From positions 1 through 64,000 of IMG/VR virus record IMGVR_UViG_3300000439_000004: a stretch of 64,000 nucleotides of DNA; one strand, written 5' to 3'. Of this stretch, positions 1 to 9,762 are shown in pieces (within the stretch, counting starts at the first letter, position 1; the number at the start of each line of letters is the position of its first letter). The stretch is from a virus (taxonomy: Duplodnaviria; Caudoviricetes). Below the pieces are notes generated by a model. That model was given only the letters and a program-made list of their open reading frames with translations, had not been told where the DNA came from and did no database searches. The position numbers and the translations under genes were made by a program.

Positions 1-345
1 AAACTCACTTTTTGGAGGTATTTCGTCAAAACGTTCTACCATTAGGTAGTGGGTTTGTTCAGTCTTAGTGTCCACCAAAACACACTTACTAACGTGTTTT
101 TTACCCCTTAATTCCCCACTCTCAAAATCACCTTCCAACCCTTCTTTTTTCTCATTAGATTGAACTCTTTTTTCGTAATCGTTACCTATTAGGTAATTAC
201 AACTACTTCTTTTAATAACCTTATCAAAAAAAGGGTTATTTGTTTTGTTCATTCTTACTTTAGTTTCCATTGTGATATTTACAAAGGTACTTTTTTCAAC
301 TCCCATTAAAAGGGTTTCTAACTGTGTTTGTGTAATCTGTGTCAT
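1..345 (-). CDS. Hypothetical protein, partial (runs off window start)
   Basis: ATG at 345 (MTQITQTQLETLLMGVEKSTFVNIT...), frame open to position 1; preceded by TATCTTTG promoter; not in ORF track. Confidence 0.7.
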   Translation of the reverse strand, partial: MTQITQTQLETLLMGVEKSTFVNITMETKVRMNKTNNPFFDKVIKRSSCNYLIGNDYEKRVQSNEKKEGLEGDFESGELRGKKHVSKCVLVDTKTEQTHYLMVERFDEIPPKSEF

Positions 346-402
346 ATACTTATGTTTTAGGATACAAAGATACAATTTTATTTTGACATTATTGGTATAA
401 AG

Positions 403-522
403 TTATCCACATGTTATCCACACTGGTTCTGGGGTCACAGGACTGGAACCTGAGTTTGAATAAGTTTTGGCAGTATTAAATTATGTTCCACGTGAAACGT
501 TTTTAAATCTTACTGCCAAAAC
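403..522. promoter_or_regulatory. Origin/partition module 1: two DnaA boxes + parS flanked by inverted repeat
   Basis: TTATCCACA at 403-411 and 414-422; TGTTCCACGTGAAACG at 484-499; GTTTTGGCAGTA 464-475 / TACTGCCAAAAC 511-522. Confidence 0.8.
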
Positions 523-633
523 AATTCATGATCCAGAATTCCAGATCACGTCAGTCCACTCAAGTTTTCTTGGACAAAAAAAATCCCCATCTTTCGATGA
601 GGACTTTCCTATTTATCAACTATTACCAAAAGT

Positions 634-1398
634 TTAAAATCTTAGGTTTAACTTATCATCACCACGACTTTTGAAGTTGTAAATATCTTCAATCATTTGA
701 CGATATGTACTTTTATCTCCACAAAGTTTCATCTTACTTGGGTTTAGTAACATTTTGTGATAAAAACGTGAAAAATCAAATTCGGGTTTCTTTTCCACTA
801 TTGTCATTAATGTACGGACAAAAACGGAACGATTATAACCCTTTTCAAAATAAGGTTTCAATGATAGGATATTATTACCCCATTCTTTACCCTTTTCGTA
901 AGATAATACTTGGAATTTACCTTCGGCGAAGTCCATCTTGTTTATGTATCGTGTACCACTATTCAATAGTAACATAATACACTCACTCAAACTGAACATC
1001 GGAAATTCTTTACGGAATTGTTCCAACTGTGTGTAATTGTCATTACCTTGATTTGACAATCCATTAATGTAATCCCCTTTACCCCAATCTTTACTATGTT
1101 GGTTATACTTACGGGCGGAGTTGAATATCCCTTTTGGTGTATTCGGTATTGAATGGTCAATAATGTAATGAATACCACAACCAACCAATCTTGACGATTC
1201 TAATCTATGTTGCCCATCAACAACAAAGTATTTTGAAGTAACAATAATTGGGGATACCAATAACCCATCCTCTTTCATTGAGGTTGATATTCTTTTGATA
1301 CGATTTTTTGATAAGGGTGTATCGAACCTTCTGTTTACATCTGAAAATTTGAACATATCCAAATTTTTCGTGAAAAGTACCTGTGGTGTTTTAACCAT
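634..1398 (-). CDS. ParB/Srx-like N-terminal domain protein
   Basis: SPIIVT..YFVVDGQHRL motif typical of ParB N-domain; lies between parS modules. Confidence 0.7.
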   Translation of the reverse strand: MVKTPQVLFTKNLDMFKFSDVNRRFDTPLSKNRIKRISTSMKEDGLLVSPIIVTSKYFVVDGQHRLESSRLVGCGIHYIIDHSIPNTPKGIFNSARKYNQHSKDWGKGDYINGLSNQGNDNYTQLEQFRKEFPMFSLSECIMLLLNSGTRYINKMDFAEGKFQVLSYEKGKEWGNNILSLKPYFEKGYNRSVFVRTLMTIVEKKPEFDFSRFYHKMLLNPSKMKLCGDKSTYRQMIEDIYNFKSRGDDKLNLRF

Positions 1399-1532
1399 TT
1401 TTAATGTTGTTCAGATTTTCTCCTGTCCCCGATTTTTGGTAATAAACAAATAAATAATATCAATGTCTTTCTTTCATTGACGATACAAAAGTACAACCTA
1501 CATACTTACCGGACAAATTTATTTCATTAAAG

Positions 1533-1652
1533 TTATCCACACGTTATCCACACTGGTTCTGGAGTCGAGGAACCTGGTTCCATGGTAGAATATGTTTTGG
1601 CAGTATTAAATTATGTTCCACGTGAAACGTTTTTAAATCTTACTGCCAAAAC
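1533..1652. promoter_or_regulatory. Origin/partition module 2
   Basis: TTATCCACA 1533-1541 and 1544-1552; parS-like 1614-1629; inverted repeat 1594-1605/1641-1652. Confidence 0.8.
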
Positions 1653-1758
1653 ATATTTCGGGGTCTTCAGTGCACTGAGGGGACTCAAGTTTTATTGGAC
1701 AAAAAAAATCCCGATGTAGAAACATCAGGATTAAACGATTGCTTGTATATGAAAAATT

Positions 1759-2136
1759 TTAATCTATTCCAATTTTACTCATATCAATTAAGAAAAACTC
1801 GTGATTGTTTGTTTCACGTTGTGACACTTTAATACGTTCTATGGTATTTGATACCAACACTTTAAAACGTCTTTCTTCTTCTTTAAAAAGGATTGTTAAA
1901 GTCGCGGAGGTAGTTAATACTCCATCCCATTTTCTTTTCAACAATTCAAACATTCGTTCAGATACTTTTATATGTGTATCATTTTCAGATGACACTAACA
2001 CACTTGTAATCTTTAAAATGTCGGGTTGAAACTCCCTTGAAAAATGTTCCAACTTCTTTTCCTCAATAGGTTTCTTACCCATTGAATTGATAATTTCTTC
2101 TACTGACTTTTCTTCTCTTGTTTTAATAAATTTCAT
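1759..2136 (-). CDS. Hypothetical early protein
   Basis: ORF with upstream repeated promoter cassette. Confidence 0.6.
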   Translation of the reverse strand: MKFIKTREEKSVEEIINSMGKKPIEEKKLEHFSREFQPDILKITSVLVSSENDTHIKVSERMFELLKRKWDGVLTTSATLTILFKEEERRFKVLVSNTIERIKVSQRETNNHEFFLIDMSKIGID

Positions 2137-2371
2137 ATATTTTAATTTTAGACCACAAAAGTAAGGTTTTTATATTTACCAAACAAATTTATTTTTGAAT
2201 CTTATCTCAAAGTGAAAACATAAAATGATAATAATCAAAGTTCTATTAGGATGTTCATACAATAAACCAAACATCACACCAAACCAAAAAATCATAATAC
2301 TAAAATACTTACTTTTAAAAATTTTTTTTGTGTTCATATACTCGTTTTTTAATTGTTAGAAAATATCTTGA

Positions 2372-2698
2372 TTACTCAAAATCAAACAAAGGTTTAAGTA
2401 CTTCAAAATCTTCTTTTGATACGTTATTAAATTCCATTTGGTCAGGTGTTAATGATACAATAACCATATCACCCCATATCATTGTATTACAAAATACAAC
2501 ATAATTATTGTATTTGTACATATTTTGGTCAACGTCATGAAAAATGGTAAATAGTTTACCACTTGGAGATTGAACCCTAAGACCTGTTATATTTTCAACA
2601 TTTTTACCTACCAATTCAAAAATGTCACCATGTACACCAGAAAAATGTCTGTGTTCGATTTGTTTTGTTTTTGTGTTAACATGAATAATCTTTTTCAT
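2372..2698 (-). CDS. Hypothetical early protein
   Basis: ORF with upstream repeated promoter cassette. Confidence 0.6.
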   Translation of the reverse strand: MKKIIHVNTKTKQIEHRHFSGVHGDIFELVGKNVENITGLRVQSPSGKLFTIFHDVDQNMYKYNNYVVFCNTMIWGDMVIVSLTPDQMEFNNVSKEDFEVLKPLFDFE

Positions 2699-2758
2699 AT
2701 AATTTAATTTTAGGTTACAAAAATAATAGTTTTATACTTACCAAACAAATATAATTTG

Positions 2759-2968
2759 TTAATTTCTTGTTAATGGATTAATATATCTACCATCATTTTC
2801 TTTTTCTTTCCAAAAACTTTTATGTGTTTCTTCATTTAAACATAACGGACACGTTACTTTATTTATATCTGTACTTCTTTTAATATGTGCAGAACCATTC
2901 AAACATCTAACATTTGAATAGTTTTTGATTGGTAAGAAATGTGTTTGTGTTAAATAATCATTATTCAT
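2759..2968 (-). CDS. Small hypothetical protein (CxxC)
   Basis: ORF with TATCTTTG promoter cassette. Confidence 0.55.
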   Translation of the reverse strand: MNNDYLTQTHFLPIKNYSNVRCLNGSAHIKRSTDINKVTCPLCLNEETHKSFWKEKENDGRYINPLTRN

Positions 2969-3025
2969 ATACTTTAATTTTAGAATACAAAGATAAGGGT
3001 TTATCTAATACCATATAAGATAAAG

Positions 3026-3133
3026 TTATCCACATTTCTTCTGAGGTCAAGGACCTGTTCACACTGGGAATAATTGTTTTGGCAGTATTATATAACTGTT
3101 CCACGTGAAACAAATATGTAATACTGCCAAAAC
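3026..3133. promoter_or_regulatory. Origin/partition module 3
   Basis: TTATCCACA 3026-3034; consensus parS TGTTCCACGTGAAACA 3097-3112; inverted repeat 3076-3087/3122-3133. Confidence 0.8.
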
Positions 3134-3239
3134 AATTTCAATCTTAAGCAAGCTCCGACTCTGGATCTTAAGTACAAAAAAAATCCCCACATTTCTGTGA
3201 GGACTATATTCGGTTTTTACACAAACCGTAACTAACTTC

Positions 3240-3437
3240 TTATGAACTCGTTGATGGTTTAACCATATTAAACGATTTGTAATACTCTTCTCTTGTCAAT
3301 GGTTTTCGGTATATACAATCGGGACATTTATAACCACCTGTAATACCAATACCACTTTTCCATTCACCTATTGTGGACATACGACCACAACTACATTTTG
3401 CATGTGAACTCGGACTTAAATTATTTCTATTTGACAT
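3240..3437 (-). CDS. Small Cys-rich hypothetical protein
   Basis: CxC...CxxC; last gene of a three-gene operon. Confidence 0.55.
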   Translation of the reverse strand: MSNRNNLSPSSHAKCSCGRMSTIGEWKSGIGITGGYKCPDCIYRKPLTREEYYKSFNMVKPSTSS

Positions 3438-3440
3438 ATA

Positions 3441-3644
3441 TTATTTTATTTCATGTTTAATACAACCAAAATTTTCACCTGTTTTTACAGTGATAGATAA
3501 ACCTGAATCATCAGAAACTTCTACATCTACACCAATATCATCATCCTTAAAACTATATCCATAATAAAAATCAATAAGTCCACATTGACCCATATTGGTA
3601 TTTTTAAACCTTGTCCAATATACACAAGTTTTACAATTATTCAT
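3441..3644 (-). CDS. Small Cys-rich hypothetical protein
   Basis: CKTC..GQC..FGCIKH; tightly packed operon. Confidence 0.6.
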   Translation of the reverse strand: MNNCKTCVYWTRFKNTNMGQCGLIDFYYGYSFKDDDIGVDVEVSDDSGLSITVKTGENFGCIKHEIK

Positions 3645-3655
3645 ATACTATCGTT

Positions 3656-3850
3656 TTATATTATTGAAATTGTTGAGATTATTTTACCCGAAAATTGTAA
3701 TCTACATTTTCTTACTTCATCGGAATAATACTTTTCTCTAAGAGTTTCAACAACAAATTTATCGTGTTGATTTTTAAAGATTGATAAAATATGTTGAGGA
3801 TTAACATACTTTATTTCATTATTCCCTATTTTTAACTCAATCATTTCCAT
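3656..3850 (-). CDS. Small hypothetical protein
   Basis: ORF with promoter cassette. Confidence 0.55.
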   Translation of the reverse strand: MEMIELKIGNNEIKYVNPQHILSIFKNQHDKFVVETLREKYYSDEVRKCRLQFSGKIISTISII

Positions 3851-3921
3851 ATACTTTAATTTTAGGATACAAAGATAAGAGGTTTATAATTACCAAACAA
3901 ATATAATTTGTTAAAATTATA

Positions 3922-4062
3922 TTAATGTGGTCCACAATTATAAATTCTACCACTATAATAATCAGTTATTTTATAGTTCGCAGGACAACAACTCCCACCT
4001 CTATAACCCACACAACTTGTTAATAACATCCCAACCAAAACAACTAATAAAATCTTTTTCAT
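3922..4062 (-). CDS. Small lipoprotein (46 aa)
   Basis: MKKILLVVLVGMLLTS-CVGYRGGSCCPANYKITDYYSGRIYNCGPH; lipobox LTS-C; promoter cassette at 4063-4089; not in ORF track. Confidence 0.7.
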   Translation of the reverse strand: MKKILLVVLVGMLLTSCVGYRGGSCCPANYKITDYYSGRIYNCGPH

Positions 4063-4119
4063 TTACTTTAATTTTAGGATACAAAGATAATACTTTTTAT
4101 AATACCATACAACATAAAG

Positions 4120-4242
4120 TTATCCACATATTATTCACATACCTTCAGATGACGAAAGACCTGTTCTCACGGGGAATAATTGTTTTGGCAGTAGATATAA
4201 AAATAAATGTTCCACGTGGAACACCTCCCCCACTGCCAAAAC
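4120..4242. promoter_or_regulatory. Origin/partition module 4
   Basis: TTATCCACA 4120-4128, TTATTCACA 4131-4139; perfect palindrome TGTTCCACGTGGAACA 4208-4223; inverted repeat 4182-4193/4232-4242. Confidence 0.8.
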
Positions 4243-4487
4243 TTATTTATACCCTCCCCCTTATCCTCTCATCACCCCTCCCTCCCTTAAAATCCCCCCT
4301 CCCCCCTACCGTATCCCCCCTTATATAAGGGGTATTTTGATGTCTGTACACCCCCATCAGTTACGTGAGTGAAATTTTTCCGGAAAAAATCTGGAAGTTG
4401 ACTTTTTTATCCTATAAATGAAAAAAAAATTTTCCAGAATTTTTTGGAAATTTGTGATTATTTCTTATATTTGAAAAAAAAATTAAT

Positions 4488-4682
4488 ATGGGAAAAAAGA
4501 TTACATGGGTAGAAACATTTTCTACTACGGCATTTTATAGTGCTAAGATTACGGATGAACAGGCGAAATTATTTGAGACGGATCGTGAGAGGTTTTTTGA
4601 TGAGGTAGAGTTTAGGGATAATCAGGAATTGGTTAGGGAGAAGATTAGTGATTATGGTCCTGAGAATTTTGAGATTGAGTAA
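4488..4682 (+). CDS. Hypothetical protein
   Basis: ORF with upstream TATATTTG and downstream hairpin. Confidence 0.6.
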   Translation: MGKKITWVETFSTTAFYSAKITDEQAKLFETDRERFFDEVEFRDNQELVREKISDYGPENFEIE

Positions 4683-4686
4683 GTTT

Positions 4687-4715
4687 AAAACCCACAATAA
4701 AATGTGGGTTTTTTT
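4687..4715. terminator. Bidirectional intrinsic terminator
   Basis: AAAACCCACA-ATAAAA-TGTGGGTTTT; near-identical copy at 6085-6115. Confidence 0.75.
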
Positions 4716-5652
4716 ATACATATTTTAATTCTATTTCTTTATTGTCAACATATGTTCCTTTTTGATATATTTCACCATTATAATATGTTTCAAAGGGTCC
4801 ATTTCTTTTATTGTCAAGATATGTTCCTTTTTGATATATTTCACCATTATTTTTATATGATTCAAAGGGTCCATTTTTTTGTCCGTTGACATATTTTACT
4901 TTTTCATGTAAATGATTGTTTATATATATTTCAACTGTTCCATGTTTTTCATCATCAAGATATGTTCCTTTTTGATATATTTCACCATTATAATATGTTT
5001 CAAAGGGTCCATTTATTTTATTGTCAACATATGTTCCTTTTAAAGATATTAATCCATTTTTATCATAATCTATAAATGGTCCATTTCTTTCTCCATTAAT
5101 AAATGTTCCTTTTTCCGATATTTTTCCATCATCATAATATATTTCAAATGGTCCATTTTTTTCTCCATTAACATATGTTCCCTTCATATATATTGAACCA
5201 TTATCTCTATAATGTATAAATGGTCCATTATATGTAATATTATCTTCTCCTAATGTTGCTGACATAAAAGGATATTCATTAGGACGATATGTTAAATAAA
5301 AATCAACTAATCCATCTTTATGATCATTTTTATATATTCCTTTTTCTTTTAAACGATTTTCATTATATATTTCAAATGGTCCATTTTTTTTACCATTAAC
5401 GTATGTACCTTTTTCTTTTAATTCTTGTTTATGACGATCATAAATATAATATTGTCCTTCTCTTTTATCGTTTTTATAGGTAAAAATACTACCATCTTTA
5501 TTTATCCACCTACCTTGCATTCCGTTTTCATCTTCATATCCTTCATTATCTTTTGGTTGTAACATATTTTTTAATTCTTTGCGTATTTTATCCATTGGAT
5601 AATGATCTGGACGATTTTTTGAGATGAATCTTATTATTTCTATTGGGTTCAT
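4714..5652 (-). CDS. MORN-variant repeat protein
   Basis: Many NGPFETYYNGEIYQKGTY repeats; DNA-level direct repeats (e.g. 4751-4804 and 4961-5014). Confidence 0.8.
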   Translation of the reverse strand: MNPIEIIRFISKNRPDHYPMDKIRKELKNMLQPKDNEGYEDENGMQGRWINKDGSIFTYKNDKREGQYYIYDRHKQELKEKGTYVNGKKNGPFEIYNENRLKEKGIYKNDHKDGLVDFYLTYRPNEYPFMSATLGEDNITYNGPFIHYRDNGSIYMKGTYVNGEKNGPFEIYYDDGKISEKGTFINGERNGPFIDYDKNGLISLKGTYVDNKINGPFETYYNGEIYQKGTYLDDEKHGTVEIYINNHLHEKVKYVNGQKNGPFESYKNNGEIYQKGTYLDNKRNGPFETYYNGEIYQKGTYVDNKEIELKYV

Positions 5653-5655
5653 AAT

Positions 5656-5970
5656 TTATAAAGCTTGTTGGTTATTTTTATCCATAAATTGGTTTGATTC
5701 AAAATGTATTTGATATGGTGATAATGGGTCACTCAGATTATATATTGTGAAATATGAAGAATTTGGATATAAGTCTAGATAATGTTTAAAGTGATAATAT
5801 CCTCCCATTGTGCAAATTTGTATTGATGCGCCTTGGTCTCTTCCTGCGCAATTTGCTAGGATTGTTTTATAAACTTTCCATGCGTTTTCATCATCTTTTA
5901 ATTTATTTGGGGTTTCGAATATTTGATACCCGTCGCAGATTCCCATATATTTAATTCCGACATTTTCCAA
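5656..5970 (-). CDS. Hypothetical protein, probably 5'-truncated
   Basis: PYQIHFESNQFMD C-terminus; frame open upstream to TAA at 6055-6057. Confidence 0.5.
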   Translation of the reverse strand: MENVGIKYMGICDGYQIFETPNKLKDDENAWKVYKTILANCAGRDQGASIQICTMGGYYHFKHYLDLYPNSSYFTIYNLSDPLSPYQIHFESNQFMDKNNQQAL

Positions 5971-6128
5971 TTTTTCGATATCATTTGTGGAAACATAATT
6001 TTTTTTATCATCTTTTTTAATACCTGATGTTAGTTTAACATTTTTTTCAGCAATTTAAACCATTAAATTTTTCAAAATAAAATAAAAACCTCACAATAAA
6101 ATGTGAGGTTTTTTTATATTTATGATAT

Positions 6129-6986
6129 ATGAAAATAATAATAAGTGAAAATCAGTTAAGGGGGATTATAAATGAGCAGACGGATATAAAAGGGTGTCAG
6201 CAATTATTTTCCAATGATGTGTTTACTCAAGCGAAAAAATATTGGGAGGATTGGTTAAAGAATCCGGTAACAATTGAGAAGATTGCAAAGAATAATGGTA
6301 TTAGTGTTGATGTTGTGATGAATGAATATATTCCGAAGTGGGTGGGTATATTGGATAGGGTAACGATGACTTATGATTCTAAGGGTCAAAATGATTATGC
6401 CACATCAACACGTGGTGATTATAAGATACATGTTAATTGTGATGTTTATATGAGATATGGTAATAAGGTGGACCAGAGTCCATTAAATATATTGGTTCAT
6501 GAGATTCAGCATCAGTTATCATTTATATTGCCATTAAATCCTGACAGTATGATAACGGGATTAACTAGGAATAGTCAGATGAAATCGATTAGTATTTTCA
6601 ACAGGGGGGATATTATTAATAATGCTGTGGGGAGTATTAAGAGGACATTTAATTTGAGTGGTGGTGATGATGAGTTAAAACATTATGTAATGTATTATTT
6701 GGGTATTGGTAATAGGGGTGATGCGTTTAGTAATAAGTATGTTTTTAATACTAGTGAGATAAGTTCTAGGGTTCAGTCAATAAGGGAGAAGTATGGGATA
6801 AAACCTGGTGAGAGTATTGATCCGATGATATTTAAGGATGTATTTTTTGGTAGGGTAAAAAATAGTGATATGCAGTATATGATTGTGTTATGGGCTAGAG
6901 ATGGTTTTCCTGATTTTGTAAAATTTTTGGCTGGGTTAGATAGTTTGGCGATGGGAAAAAATAACATTAAATATGATATGGTTTAA
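6129..6986 (+). CDS. HExxH-containing protein with shared N-terminal leader
   Basis: MKIIISENQLRGIINE leader; LVHEIQH. Confidence 0.65.
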   Translation: MKIIISENQLRGIINEQTDIKGCQQLFSNDVFTQAKKYWEDWLKNPVTIEKIAKNNGISVDVVMNEYIPKWVGILDRVTMTYDSKGQNDYATSTRGDYKIHVNCDVYMRYGNKVDQSPLNILVHEIQHQLSFILPLNPDSMITGLTRNSQMKSISIFNRGDIINNAVGSIKRTFNLSGGDDELKHYVMYYLGIGNRGDAFSNKYVFNTSEISSRVQSIREKYGIKPGESIDPMIFKDVFFGRVKNSDMQYMIVLWARDGFPDFVKFLAGLDSLAMGKNNIKYDMV

Positions 6987-7351
6987 GTTTAAAAAATGGA
7001 ATTTTTTGGTTAAAGTGTTAGTTTGGAGATCATAAAAACACTAGAAAGTTGGTTTTTTTATTTGTGGGTATTGTTTATATTTATTGGTATGAAAAGAATT
7101 TTAAAACAATTTTTGGTATCAATAAAGAAGGGATTAAGATCATATGGTCATTCCTTGATTGAATCAACTAGGTATGTTGGGGATAAGACACCCATAAATA
7201 AATTAAATAAAACTTATTAATTATGAAAGAGAAAATTAACACAATTGTGTCGGTATTAATCGGTATAACGATGTTTTTGATTAACTGGTATGTAACACAT
7301 TAAATCCCACCGTTTGGTGGGTTTTTTATTTTATAATGATATTTATATGTT

Positions 7352-7789
7352 ATGAATAAGAAAATTAAAATTACGGAATCGCAACTAAAGGTGTTGCTAG
7401 AACAAATGGACGATATATCTGAACCATTTATTGATAATTCAAGTGTTGAGAATGATGATTATGATGATTATCAGGAAAGACATCATGGGTTGAAAGACAT
7501 TGACATTGATAGTGAATTGGATGAGAATTATTATGATGATGTTAAAGGTATGATGATGGTGGATAAGAGTGATAGACATCGTGTTGATGATAAGATTAAA
7601 CATGATGACATAGGTACTGGAAGGATTCATCACATATTTAAATCACCGGAGGGGGATTATCTTTATGGGATTAAATTTGATAGTGGTCAATTAGGAAAGT
7701 TTAAGGGTCATGAGATAAAGGAATGTGGATATGTTCCAATGAATGAATCTGTTGAAAAAATAAAAGGTATTTTTAGAAGATTTGTATAA
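7352..7789 (+). CDS. Hypothetical protein with shared leader
   Basis: MNKKIKITESQLKVLLE. Confidence 0.65.
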   Translation: MNKKIKITESQLKVLLEQMDDISEPFIDNSSVENDDYDDYQERHHGLKDIDIDSELDENYYDDVKGMMMVDKSDRHRVDDKIKHDDIGTGRIHHIFKSPEGDYLYGIKFDSGQLGKFKGHEIKECGYVPMNESVEKIKGIFRRFV

Positions 7790-8112
7790 TGAAAATTTTT
7801 GATTTAATCATTGAGGGTAAGGAGGATAAGTTTCAGGAGTTTTCTGGTGCTAGATTAAAAGGTGCGACAAAGATTGCTGATGGTGCTAAGGAGAAGGGTG
7901 GACCTTCTATGTTAACGTATCATCATTTTCACGTTAAGTTACCTTATTATAAGAGAGCGTCTGAAGGTAAGTTTGATTTGGAGAAATCTAAGAAGGAGTA
8001 TAAGGAACATTTGGATAAGTTATGTTCAATGGAGAAGTTAAGTCAGATTGAGTTTCAGAAATTGGTTGGAAGAATTGAGGTATTGGGTGAATTAATAATT
8101 AAACATAGTTAA
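7789..8112 (+). CDS. Hypothetical protein
   Basis: Translationally coupled ORF; MKIFDLIIE. Confidence 0.65.
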   Translation: MKIFDLIIEGKEDKFQEFSGARLKGATKIADGAKEKGGPSMLTYHHFHVKLPYYKRASEGKFDLEKSKKEYKEHLDKLCSMEKLSQIEFQKLVGRIEVLGELIIKHS

Positions 8113-8115
8113 GTA

Positions 8116-8628
8116 ATGAAAATAATATTAAGTGAGGAACAATTAAAACATGTGATTAGTGAATCATATTTTAGTATATATAATCATAACGATATAGATG
8201 CGTTCATAGAAAATGATAACTTTAAGGAGGATCATTCAAATGATGAAAGAAAATTTTTATTCATTGAATTGGAAAAAGTTAAAAATCAATTTAAAAAATA
8301 TTTGGATTCGTCTAATGAGGAAAAATTAACATTTAGAAATGTAATGAAAGAATTACATTTATGGGTTAATAGATTAAAATGGATTAGATTAATTATTGAA
8401 CCTGAATTTATGATTACCAATAATAAACAAGGAAACGGAAGAATATATAATATATTAAGAATATTTGGTATAAATCCTATGACAGGATTGAAAGAAAGGA
8501 AAATAAGTAAAATGGTTGGTAATAATATAAATAATCCTAATGGACCTGAAAAATATACTGTTGATTACGCAAAAAAACTTTTAGTTAAAGAACTTTGGGA
8601 AGATTATAAACAAACATATAAAATATAA
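8116..8628 (+). CDS. Hypothetical protein with shared leader
   Basis: MKIILSEEQLKHVISE. Confidence 0.65.
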   Translation: MKIILSEEQLKHVISESYFSIYNHNDIDAFIENDNFKEDHSNDERKFLFIELEKVKNQFKKYLDSSNEEKLTFRNVMKELHLWVNRLKWIRLIIEPEFMITNNKQGNGRIYNILRIFGINPMTGLKERKISKMVGNNINNPNGPEKYTVDYAKKLLVKELWEDYKQTYKI

Positions 8629-9206
8629 TGAAAATAATATTAAGTGAGGAACAATTAAGGGGTATTTTATCTGAATTGGTTACTAGAAGAAAAGATCCTT
8701 TTAGTATGGAGGGAACTCAACATATGATATATGATTCAAAGAAGAATCCCAATATTGTATTTAAGGTTGGTCATCCTCACTTTGTTGATGAATGGTTGCC
8801 AATATTTAAAAAATATCCACAATATTTTCCGAATATATATAGGGTTGGTATTTTAAAAGACCGACATGATTATAAGTATGTTGAGATGGACAAATTGAAT
8901 ACCAAGAGAGTTAAAGAGGAGTGGTCTGAGATGACATTACTATTAACTGATGCTGGTTTGATTGATGAGGATAATAATATAAATGATGTGTTTATTAACT
9001 GTATATTGGATGAGGAATATGATAATAGGGTGATAAGTACAATCCAAAATATGGATAGGGGTGTATATCAGTTATTTGTTAAATGGTTAAATTTTTTACA
9101 TAAACTTAATAGTGTTGTTGCACCAATTAAGGGAAGTACTTTAGATATTCACGATGGAAATTTTGGATATGACAAAGAAGGAAATATAAAATGTTTTGAT
9201 ATATAA
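8628..9206 (+). CDS. Protein-kinase-like protein with shared leader
   Basis: VFKV lysine, LDIHDGNFG catalytic loop, IKCFD; MKIILSEEQL leader. Confidence 0.6.
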   Translation: MKIILSEEQLRGILSELVTRRKDPFSMEGTQHMIYDSKKNPNIVFKVGHPHFVDEWLPIFKKYPQYFPNIYRVGILKDRHDYKYVEMDKLNTKRVKEEWSEMTLLLTDAGLIDEDNNINDVFINCILDEEYDNRVISTIQNMDRGVYQLFVKWLNFLHKLNSVVAPIKGSTLDIHDGNFGYDKEGNIKCFDI

Positions 9207-9225
9207 ACCCTCAAATGAGGGTTTT

Positions 9226-9711
9226 TTAATGCTCTGTAATTTTACCTTGAAGTAATATTAGATCAGAAATTAAAGTATTATTTGTTTCTGGGATATATGC
9301 TGCAACTTTAGGTAATGAATCAAATTTATTTATATTATTAAAACTAACCATTTTTTTTGGTGTGTAGGAATATTTTGGTTCAATTGATTTTTTAATTAGT
9401 TTATCAATCATTTTTGAAATTTCTTTTTCACGTTCAATAACTCTATTTGTGCATTCTTCTTGATTTTGAATGATTGTTTGGTTAAGGGTATATATTTTAA
9501 TATTGGCAGAATCCATATTTTTATTAAGACGTATTATTTCTTTATCTTGGTTATCTATTCTTGTTTTTAGTTCTTTGGTACCGGGATCAAGGGTTTTTAT
9601 AATAATTGGACCTAATGTAATAATTACAAGAACGATGGATAATATGATTAATGCTGTTATTCTTTGTTTAACAGAAAACTTAGATAATATTTGTGAAAAG
9701 TATTTGATCAT
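9226..9711 (-). CDS. Membrane-anchored coiled-coil protein
   Basis: N-terminal TM segment followed by heptad repeats. Confidence 0.6.
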   Translation of the reverse strand: MIKYFSQILSKFSVKQRITALIILSIVLVIITLGPIIIKTLDPGTKELKTRIDNQDKEIIRLNKNMDSANIKIYTLNQTIIQNQEECTNRVIEREKEISKMIDKLIKKSIEPKYSYTPKKMVSFNNINKFDSLPKVAAYIPETNNTLISDLILLQGKITEH

Positions 9712-9762
9712 ACTACATAAATATTCAATTTTTTGATATATTTATAATATAAAAGAGAGATT

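Noticed and set aside
403-4242. Repeated modules as a CRISPR array or integron attC cassettes
   Set aside because: Spacing is about 1.1-1.5 kb with genes between, no cas or integrase gene is present, and the motifs match DnaA box and parS.
3927-4328. ORF-track 133-aa Pro-rich protein
   Set aside because: It translates the C-run/origin region and is antisense to a better-supported lipoprotein ORF.
4714-5652. DNA repeats as a diversity-generating retroelement TR/VR pair
   Set aside because: The repeats are in-frame MORN-type units, and there is no reverse transcriptase in the window.
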